64,000 nucleotides of DNA from Octopus vulgaris. Its lineage: Eukaryota. The position numbers and the translations under genes were made by a program. Of this stretch, positions 53,016 through 64,000 are shown one piece after another (the first letter of the stretch is position 1; every line of letters starts with the position of its first letter). Where the stretch lies: NCBI GenBank assembly GCA_951406725.2, contig OX597822.1, forward strand, positions 52,018,001 through 52,082,000, read 5' to 3'. A model generated the notes under the pieces. It was not told the DNA's origin, searched no databases, and saw nothing but the letters and a program-made list of their open reading frames with translations.

Positions 53016-53653
53016 CTACTAATGACTATAAAACAAGAAGTATGAAACTGTCTTGAACTGAAACTACATACTTTGGAGTAGGAAATGGAAAAGGATCTCA
53101 TGTTTGTTTATCAATGCTCCGATAATAGTATAATTGAAAACATATTGCTACAACCCGACATCACGGTTATAATCATCCGATGTTTAAGCACTGCTCTTCA
53201 ATAATCACCATTATTACAAATAACAATCAATTTTCAGAAATATTATCAAAAAAAATCAGCTAAACTATAAAGAGACTAGTAATAAGTAAGAGTTATGATA
53301 GAGATGAATAAATTATTTTACTAATCTATAGTTATATGGCAAGGTGTGGCCTCTATAATAAATAATGTGAAGATGTCAGTTTTTAAAGCTTGTAAAGATA
53401 GTTTACACAAGATTTTCCTCTTTTCATTTTAAGAATAAAAGAACACTTTTTGTGAATTATTCTCTTCGTTATCTTCATTGTTATATTCTTCATCGTCACA
53501 ACAGTTTTAAGATATTTAGTGAATAACCCTAGAACTTTTTTTTCTTTTTTATATTATTATTTATTCAGCCTTCTATTTCTTTCTCTAAAATAGAGAGTCT
53601 TTGTTCTGAATCATTCAAGAGAACTTGGCGTTTTACTTTTGTCTTTTAATCAG

Positions 53654-53799
53654 GAGAAAATGACAATGCTTGTGAGACTATTGGGGTGGAAGGAGAAAGG
53701 GATCGCCAGACCGGTGACCTAGCAATTAAGCTTACAATAGAGTGGAACCTACAAAAGGAAAGGGACTATAAAATATCGGTGTCAAGACAAAGAAGAGAG
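53654..53799 (+). CDS. Possible internal exon (phase 1 in), product unknown
   Basis: Acceptor TTTTACTTTTGTCTTTTAATCAG, open frame ENDNACETIGVEGERDRQTGDLAIKLTIEWNLQKERDYKISVSRQRRE, weak donor GAG|GTATAA. Confidence 0.25.
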
Positions 53800-54852
53800 G
53801 TATAAAGAAATGAGAGTAAAGTGATTTAAAATACTGTGAATAATTATCAAAGCCACTAATATTAAGGTTCGCGAATAACATTATTAAGTTTTGTTATCTC
53901 GTTTCACAAATAACTGTATTAGGCTTAGCTATCTACGAATCATTGGGGTTTCAGCGTCCCCTCTCTTCTGGCTGCTCATTTATTCTTTGCTGTTTACATT
54001 TAAAAACTTTGGGCATCTCAGAGTATCATAATCTAACAATGATCAAATATTGTGACACAAATTGATTACATCAAAGCAGTATAACATATATATATATATA
54101 TATCCTACTCTGACTTGGGAACTTAACCAAAATAGGGTATTTTACAAGGAGACTTGATCTACTAAATATAGCAGCCAAATATCCGTCAACTCACACACAA
54201 CATTTGAAATGTGACGAGACACATTAAGTGATATAACATTTTGTTGCTGCATTTACCTTGCTGTATTCATAAGCATCATAATAGACGTTATACACCGGTA
54301 AGTGAAGAATTTCTTTATGGATTTCGTTTGCTAAGGGAATGACCCGTGCGGCTGACCTTCTAAATGCCTTACACAAAGGCTGTGCAAAAGATCACATATT
54401 TATAGTTCTATGTCCCTGGTTCTTTTTCCTACCTTGATGAAGTTGAAGGCCTCTTATTTTTAGCTACATTGTACCTGGAGGTGTATTATTTAATGTGTCC
54501 TTTTTCTTACATACAACCTAATCTGAGGCATAGCTGGTTGCAATTCTTAGTAATATTCGTATGAAGTATCATTTCTAGTAGTATGACAATGTATAACCTC
54601 GTTCATTACGGAACCCTCCTAGAAAAATAAAATAGAAATATGTCATACACTTATAAACTGAAACGTAACAGCTCTCGTCTTAGACCACGTGCCTATCCTC
54701 ACAGCTTCGGTGAGAGAATTCATAATAAGCACAGAAGAAATAAATAGACGTATATAAAGCTACATTTAGTATATGAATAGTCGTAAATATAAATAATTTT
54801 ATATCAATAGGAGCTTACAAAAGCGAGGTGAAATTATTATTTATTGTTGTTA

Positions 54853-55295
54853 AGGTAGCGAGCTTGTAGTGTCGTTACAGCGCCGGACAAAATCCTCGGC
54901 GGTATTTCATCTAACTTTTTATATTCAAATGTTACTTTTGTCGACTTTGCCTTTCATACCATTCGGACTAGTAAAATATGCGCCTGCTGATCACTGGAGT
55001 TGATGTAATCAACTTCTCATCCCCTAAAATTTGCTGGCCTTGTGCGAAAATTTGAAACAACTGTTGAATGTGTAAGTGGCGGTGGGGACAATTGCGGGAA
55101 TCGTTAGTGTGTCAGACAAAATGCTTCAGGGAATTTCTTCCGTCTCTTTATATGTTGAATTAAGCACTGCTGTAACAAACTTTATTTGTCATCCTTTTTG
55201 CGGTCGATAAAATAGACACCAGTCAAGTATTGGTATTAATGTAATTGTCTAACCACTATCCTATAATTGCTGGCCTTGTGCTAAAATTTGAAACA
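54853..55295 (+). mobile_element. Two adjacent old family B-related SINE copies
   Basis: Both end GCTGGCCTTGTGC.AAAATTTGAAACA; GACTTTGCCTTTCAT and GTCGATAAAAT motifs. Confidence 0.75.
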
Positions 55296-56963
55296 TTTGT
55301 TGCTGATGCTTAGCCTAAATTAGACACTCTTGATTTGATCTATAATAAACTGGTCCGTCCAGTAGTGATCATACCGTCTTCCTTTCTGAGTGTGTACCGA
55401 GGTCTACGCTATCCAATGTAAGTTTTTTATAAGGTATTAAAGAATGATTGGAAGAAAATTTGGCTGCTAGTCCTTGTCGGTAAGTGACTATGTTCGTTTC
55501 ACTCTAGTGAGGTGAGTAGAAAGGGTTATAAAGTGCTGGATTGAAACAGTTTATGGATTGTCTCCACTCTAGGATCCACCATACATTTCAACAACTGTAC
55601 CGCACACCACCATCAGTAAAATAAGTAAGTTATCACAGCAATCAGTTCAGGCGTATATACTCTTCTTTTCCACTTTTTATGATTGCTGCTAGGCATTTTG
55701 CTAAAATAAGAAAATATTATTAGCCTAATAACATAATTAGGTGGTGACTTGGTAAAAGCAGTATTTCATTAATGCTCTCTACGCTCTACATTCAAAGATT
55801 GACTGGGCTCAGCATCTTTCCTACGGATGGGGCGGTCGATAAAATGAAACACTAGTCAAATAATGCCATCGAAGTGCTGTACAATCGAATATGCTCTTTC
55901 TTCCAAAATCCTGACTTCAAATCCCGATAAGATCATCTTTGTCCTTTATCCTTCCAATATTAATTAAATAATTCCCCTTGAAGTAAAGGCGACTGTATAA
56001 TCGACTATTCATACGTTTATTTTATTTCAACTGAATTATCCTCAGTGTTCTGACCCTGCATAAATGATCTGTTTATAGTGTTCAAATGTAAGTGCTGTAC
56101 ATTAGTTCACTCCTTCCATCATACTGACGTTGTCTAAACAGGTGCTCGGTGTATTATTTGTCATGTGTCCAAGTCGTTACAAGGCAACGTGAAATGAACT
56201 GTCTTGCTCAAGAACACAACTCACCACACGTCTCGGAATTCAAACCACAATCTCCTGACCCTAAGTGTAGTAAGCATACCATTAAGCCATGTACCCGCGA
56301 CATATATACACCCTACAGAACGAAAATCTAAGGCCGTCACAGGGTGTATGAACACAAGAGAGTCAACAACCATCTAACTGCTGGGTGTGAGAGACTCCTA
56401 GTCTTTGTTTAGACGTTTCTCCGGGAGAAAGAATTTCCGAAATAGCACCTGACATATTGCGAATCTGGGCATGTAGTTTTTGCTTGTTTCTGGATTCGTA
56501 GGTGAGAGTCATAGCGGTGTTGTGCAAGCTGTCATTAGCTTTAAATTTAGGCTTGGGCAATTCTGACGACCATTATTTTTAATATCTAGATAAAAAAAGT
56601 CAGTGATGGTCATATTCGTCTACGAGTTCGCAGCCACCACATACACACTCATACACACAGAGGCAGAGTGAGAGAGAAACATGCCACTTTTTCTTGTGGT
56701 GAGGATTTACGCCAATGTAATAAATTATTTATATCATTATGCTTTTACATGTTTCAATTCTTAGACTGTACTTATGCTGGGGAACCGCTTTGATGAATTT
56801 AGTCGAACGAATCAACAGCAGAGCTTAATATTTTTTTAAGTTTTCTACTTATTTTAATGATCATAGTTGCTGAGCCGCTAAGTTACAGTGACATAAACAT
56901 ACCAACACCTGTTGTGAAGCAGGAGAGGGCACACACAACAACATACACACATGTATATGTATG

Positions 56964-56995
<32 letters not shown>

Positions 56996-57025
56996 AACAT
57001 ATATATATATATATATGTATGTATG

Positions 57026-57057
<32 letters not shown>

Positions 57058-57063
57058 TGTATG

Positions 57064-57120
<57 letters not shown>

Positions 57121-57299
57121 GGAAAGAAACAGGATGAAAAAGCACAGATTGGTTTTACAAGACCAAAGAATATATTAGACTCATAATACCAAAAGTATTA
57201 TACAAAATAAGATTTTTTCTCCAAACATAACAACCGTTTTATTTATCGCTTTTCAACTTTTGAGTTTTGGTAACTAAGGTATTTTTCAGTAAAGGGAAG

Positions 57300-59480
57300 G
57301 TAAATTTGTAATTTTCAATATTTGTCAGCATTTCAGTCTGGCTTATATCTCACAACAGATGGTGTAAGTCTTTTATTTTCAATATGGGTTTGAAATAGAT
57401 GGTCCACCTATAATGGGCCGTAGTCTCCTGGTGCTGGTGTATGTATGTATGTATGTCCTTGGTGATTTTTTGATGGTTTCGTTTATAGCTTAGCTTTGGG
57501 AATTTTCGGTAGACCATAGAATAGGTTGAGTTTACATTTAAATTAGGCTTCTTTATTTAGTTGTACTTTCGTTGAGGTCCAGATAGCAAATTGATATAAT
57601 GTGAAGATTAGGAATTGTGGTTGTAGTTGTTCTGCACATCCATCAATGTATTCACTGAGATATATCTGTCGAGCATATCTGTTGTCTATGGACTGTACAT
57701 CTCCATCTGAACGACATTTCTGGCGAACCTATATAGTTTTATTGCAGCTTGTGCATGTGATTACATAAATGAAATTTTCGGAGGCGCAAGTGAAGTTGGA
57801 TTTAATTTGGAATTTTTTCCCTTGTCTAAAATGGAATTCTGATCTTTCCAAAAGATTGGGACATGTTTCGCAGTTAAGACGACCACATTTTTTTTTACTC
57901 TTGCTTCCTACATTCCTGAGTATAGTTTAGCATTTGTGGGGATTTTCTTTAATGTATTTGGTTGCTTACTGTTTTTAATGATTTTATGGTTACGTAGAAT
58001 TTCCTTCAATTTGTGGTCCTAATGATGTATTGGGAGATTTTGTACAATGATGTTAAACGCTTCTTTGTTTCTGGGGTTGTATGTAGAAACATAAGGTAAT
58101 CTTTTCAGAATAGATGTGTTAATATGTTCGGCTTTTCTTAATGTTTTTTATGTCAATCGATTTTTCACGCTTAATCCCTTTATCTATAAGTTGAATTGCG
58201 TAGTGTCTGTCCCAGAGTACGTTTTTAAGCTCTTCCAATCTTAGATCTCTGGTATTTCTTTTGGGCACTATGGTGCAAATACTTCTTGCAAGGTTGAAGG
58301 GGATATTTGTTTTGATATGTCTAGGCTGGCATGAGCTAAATAATAGATATTGCTTAGTGTCTATCGTTTTGTAAAAAAATGTCCCTTTCTATTTTTGTTT
58401 ATTTTTTTAACCCGTATGCCTTTTATGGGAGTTCCTCTTGGTTGTATTCTATTGTGAATTGTATGTTGGTGCTAATGCTATTAAGCCGTCTTTTAAACAC
58501 CAGGAAGTTATCTATGTTTTCATATAAGAGTATGGAGCAGTCGTCCGAAACTTATTTCCAATTTTCTTTTATGTATTGGGAGAGATGGTTTCCAAATTTT
58601 GGAAATGACTCCTGATATATTGTTATTTCTAAATAGGCCATTGTTAGATTGGCAATGGTCGCGGCTGCCCTGGTTCTCATGATAATCCCGAATTTTTGGC
58701 AACAAACATTGGTGTCAAACATCAAATGGTTGTTTTGGAGGATGAATTTTATTGATTCAATTATGAAATCTTTGTTAATCCGTTTTGATATTTCTTCTGA
58801 ATATTTGTCTGAACTGGATTGCTTCTATTCCATAAGTATGGGGTATGTTGGCGTATAGGTTTATCGCATCAAATGAAACCATGATTGTTTCTTCCTTGAC
58901 CTTTTCAGGAAGGCGATTTAACATATCTAAGTCATCCCTAATATAACTTTTGATGTGTTTTGGAAATGGTTTCAGGAGGATATCCATCAGTCAACTTAAT
59001 CTATGTGTTTCACAGATGGTCCAGCTATAATGGGCCGTAATATTAGGTCTCCTGATGCTGGTGTATGTATGTATGTATTCCCTTGATAATTTTTTGATGG
59101 CTTCGTTTATAGTTTGGCTTTTGTGAATTTTAGGTAAAACATAGAATAGGTTGCATTTACATTAAAGTTTGTTAAATAGTCTATTTCTTTTTTTTTAGTT
59201 CGTTTCCATGGGTTTGGATTAGTGCAAAGGTTTTTTTTCATTATTTGCGTGTTGGGGTGGGAACGTAATCATTGATTTTTTTTCGTAGTGTTCGTCATTA
59301 CTTAGTATGGATACTACTAGATTTTTGTAGTAAAATGTGTCCACTACCACTACTGCACTCCCTTTATATGGTTTTTTTATTGTTATTTTTTAATTGTTTT
59401 GTGGTTCAGTTAGTTCTTTCAATCTCGTAAAAGAAAACTTCTGTATTTTTTCATCTTCTTTCTTTCCGTATATATTCAAC
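57300..59480 (-). mobile_element. Decayed Penelope-like element (RT plus GIY-YIG)
   Basis: DILLKPFPKHIKSYIRDDLDML..VSFDAINLYANIPH; DTKQYLLFSSCQP..NIPFNLARSICTIV; CGRLNCETC; NFIYVITCTSCNKNYIG. Confidence 0.9.
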
Positions 59481-59515
59481 ACGTGTAATAAACCACCATA
59501 CTTTCTACCTTATAC

Positions 59516-59586
<71 letters not shown>

Positions 59587-59630
59587 GAGAGAGAGAGACA
59601 GAGAGACAGAGAGAGAGAGAGAGATAGACT

Positions 59631-59684
<54 letters not shown>

Positions 59685-59689
59685 CAGAC

Positions 59690-59774
<85 letters not shown>

Positions 59775-60690
59775 CACACACGACGGGTATCGCAGTTTCT
59801 GCGTACCTCATTCACTCACAAGACATTGGTCGGCCCGAGTTTAATGTAGAAGACGCTTGGCTAAGATGTTGCACAGTGACACTGAATCTGGAAAATTCCT
59901 AAACCAATTTCCAGAGCATTAATATATAATGATCATATTGTTATGTGGCACATAAAAAAGTGGTTAAAACGAACAAAGCATTTATGGAGCTCATACATTT
60001 TCTCGTTTTATATTTTTTTAACCTTAAATATATATTGAAATAAAAACACTTATTATAAAGACATAATTTTTACTGGGATTCGAAACCAGATTAGGTACTA
60101 TATTGCTAATTTTTCCTCATTGCTTTACTAATCTATTTTCAAAGAAGATACCCATAACTCGATGTATGCGTTTGTATTTTATATTTGTTATGTGCATATT
60201 TTTTATCTGTTATATTTATGTGGTTACCTGCTCTGCTTTTGTATTTTCCGTTTGTTCTTGCTGTTTTATGTAGAAGCTTTCTCTTTAGTTATTTCCATCA
60301 ACATATATGGACACAAATTTCAGACTTGGCGGGAATGGAATACACAATGAAGAGATATGCTAATTGTTCTTTTATCATACTTCACTGTTGGGTTCAAACA
60401 CTGTTGCATAAAATTCGTTTTTCTTTTTAAACACATTTTTTTTCTCTGTCTGGTTACTTTTTTTCTCTTTTGTCTTCAAAAAATGATAAAGCGAGTGCAA
60501 GACAGGTGAAAATTTCGTTCGTGTAACTTCACCTACAAATACACCAACATTTTGTCACTTCTATTCTCTGAAGACATTAAGAGGGATGTGGTGAATTAAC
60601 GACGAAGTAAAAAGAACAAAAAACAGCAAAAGTCTGACTCAACAAATTTTCTCTCTGTATGTTCTCAAGTTGATATGTGTGTGTGCGTTG

Positions 60691-60723
<33 letters not shown>

Positions 60724-60891
60724 TATACGTATACAAACACGGTACTTGCTTCCCTGTTTCCGTTTAGTTATTCTTAACGTTTTTGCCCTCAGGCCTGGCT
60801 CCATTACTTGTTTCATGTTTGTCTTCTTACTGTTATTCTTCATTGACTTACAGACTCTGCATTATTTGCACTTAATTTATCGTTTTCTCTC

Positions 60892-60930
<39 letters not shown>

Positions 60931-60953
60931 GCGTGTGTGTGTGTATGCATATA

Positions 60954-61014
<61 letters not shown>

Positions 61015-61046
61015 ATATATATACATATATGTAATATACATAAATA

Positions 61047-61088
<42 letters not shown>

Positions 61089-61118
61089 ACACATAGACAT
61101 ATATATATGCATATATAC

Positions 61119-61160
<42 letters not shown>

Positions 61161-61164
<4 letters not shown>

Positions 61165-61466
61165 AGGCGCAATGGCCTAGTGGTTAGGGCAGTGGACTCG
61201 CAGTCGCAGGATCGCGGTTTCGATTCCCAGACCGGGCGTTGTGAGTGTTTATTGACCGAAAACACCTAAAAGCTCCACGAGGCTCCGGCAGGGGGTGGTG
61301 ATCCCTGCTGTACTCTTTCACCACTCTTTCTCTCTCTCTTTCTTCTGTTGGCCTGCTCGCTTAGCCAGCGGGGTGGGGTCATTCGAAGGCTAAAACAATG
61401 CGAACGTATTGTGACCAGCGATGTGTAACAACATCTGATGGTCTGGTCGGTCACGTGATCACGTGA
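61161..61466 (+). mobile_element. SINE family C, tail type 2, inside a TA/TG microsatellite
   Basis: Head as at 52629; tail ACATCTGATGGTCTGGTCGGTCACGTGA. Confidence 0.95.
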
Positions 61467-61506
61467 TATACATATATATATATATATAATATACATAAAT
61501 ATATAC

Positions 61507-61554
<48 letters not shown>

Positions 61555-61901
61555 GTTACACACACACATATATAAATATATATATATATATAGATAGATA
61601 GATAGATAGATATATAAACACATATATGATTGTCTGGTGGTTCGTTCACACTATACCGCCGTCCTTTTTTTCATATTGTGTTCTCTAATATTCTCTCCAC
61701 TTTCTATCGAAGAGCTGTATTCTTCTGTTTCTCTCCTCTCGTCCGTATGCTTTGTTTTCCTCTCTCTCAGTCTTCTATTCGTCTCCATATATAACTGCCT
61801 TTGCTTATGACGACCAGTCTAACAAACTGCTGACGCCTACTCTTTTAATCGTCCACCGATTTATTTGTCTAAGCAACAACGTAATATTTTCACGCATACA
61901 C

Positions 61902-61955
<54 letters not shown>

Positions 61956-62154
61956 AGACATACACATTCTTGTTTTACATACATACACTTCGCCTTCTGC
62001 GAAAAGAGGTAAACCGACCAATAAAAAAAATCTTCACATCTGATTTAGCGTTTTATAGAGATGCATAAGTTCTAACAATATTTTTATCCTCACCACACTC
62101 ACTCTTCCTTTTCTTTCTATCTAGCACCATCTATCTCTCTTTTTTCTGTCTTTC

Positions 62155-62216
<62 letters not shown>

Positions 62217-62396
62217 ACATGCACACACACATACATATGTGGTGTAGCAGTGTGATAACTAGTTTGCTTCCGAACCACATGGTTTCGGTTTCAGTCACAG
62301 TACCTGGCACCTCGGGCAATTGTCTTCTATTATAGCATCGAGTAGAAAGCAGTCTTGTGATTGGATTTGACAGACGGAAGCTGTAAGATGCCTGTC

Positions 62397-62439
<43 letters not shown>

Positions 62440-62442
<3 letters not shown>

Positions 62443-62716
62443 AGCGGACTTGCGGTCGTAGAATCGCGGTTTCGATTCCCAGACCGGGCGTTGTGAGTGT
62501 TTATTGAGCAAAAACACCAAAAGCACCACGAGTCTCCGGCAGAGAGTGGTGGCGAACCCTGCTGTACTCTTTCACCACAACTTTATCTCACTCTTTCTTC
62601 TGTCGGCCTGCTTGCTTAGCCAACGTGGCGGGGCGTCATTTGAAGGCTAAAACAATGCGAAGCGCATTATGACCAGCGATGTGTAGCAACATCTGATGGC
62701 CTGGTCGGTCACGTGA
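62440..62716 (+). mobile_element. SINE family C, tail type 2, 5'-clipped
   Basis: Matches about 61188-61460. Confidence 0.92.
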
Positions 62717-62722
62717 TATATA

Positions 62723-63212
<490 letters not shown>

Positions 63213-63645
63213 AACACACACACACACACATATACACACGCATATATATATATATGTGTGTGTGTGTGTGTTTGTTTTTTTGTTGGTCCCCCACCACACC
63301 ACTTGACAACGGGTACTGGTGTGTTTATGTCTCCGTAACTTAGAAGTTCACCCTAAGAGACTTATACAATGAGTACCAGGCATTAAACAAGAAATAGGCA
63401 CCGGGATTCTACCAAGTGTAAAACAGTCCATCACATGTCGTATACTACGTCGGTGTCCCTACAAGGAGTTAAGTTCCATGGCACATACAACATATATACA
63501 TATACAAACATGCACACACACACACATGTGTGTGTGTGTGCGTTATAGAATTGTGTAGGTAGGTAGGCAGACAAGTAGGAAGGTAGGTAGGTAGGTAGGT
63601 AGGTAGATAGGTAGGTAGGTAGGTAGGTATATATGTAGGTATATC

Positions 63646-64000
63646 AGGCGGCGAGCTGGCAGAAACGTTAGCACGCCGGGCGAAATGCGTAGCCGTATTT
63701 CGTCTGCCGTTACGCTCTGAGTTCAAATTCCGCCGAGGTCGACTTTGCCTTTTATCCTTTCGGGGTCGATAAATTAAGTACCAGTTACGCACTGAGGTCG
63801 ATATAATCGACTTCATCCGTTTGTCTGTCCTTGTTTGTCCTCTCTGTGTTTAGCCCCTTGTGGGTAATAAAGAAATAAGTATTTCATCTGCCGCTACGTT
63901 CTGAGTTCAAATTCCGCCGAGGTCGACTTTGCCTTTCATCCTTTCGGGGTCGATTAAATAAGTACCAGTTACGTACTGGGGTCGATATAGTCGACTTAAT
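63646..64000 (+). mobile_element. SINE family B tandem (at least 2 units, runs off the window)
   Basis: Unit 1 ends AATAAAGAAATA near 63877; unit 2 re-enters at GTATTTCATCTGCCG. Confidence 0.93.

Noticed and set aside
63556-63640. (TAGG)n tract as interstitial telomeric repeat
   Set aside because: The unit is TAGG, not TTAGGG or TTAGG; ordinary tetranucleotide repeat

Overview
AT-rich, microsatellite-saturated eukaryotic genomic DNA; the repeat families point to a coleoid cephalopod, probably Octopus (inferred from recognised repeat sequence, not from a search). Nearly all supplied ORFs are simple-repeat translations or decayed transposon pieces. Recognisable content: four tRNA-derived SINE families; CR1/L2-like, RTE-like and L1/Tx1-like LINE remnants; a cluster of R4/Dong-type (RLE) LINE remnants in (AAT)n tracts at about 31.7-36.8 kb; Penelope-like element (PLE) remnants plus several minimal hammerhead-ribozyme motifs; a decayed Gypsy pol; Tc1/mariner remnants; and one complete non-autonomous Helitron. 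The only host-gene signal is a pair of phase-compatible + strand candidate exons (10461-10609 encoding a signal peptide; 17253-17366) whose peptide fits the N-terminal spacing of Cys-loop ligand-gated ion channels, so much of the window may be intronic. No CRISPR, rRNA or bona fide tRNA genes were seen. Boundaries were read by eye and are approximate unless a TSD or splice site is quoted.
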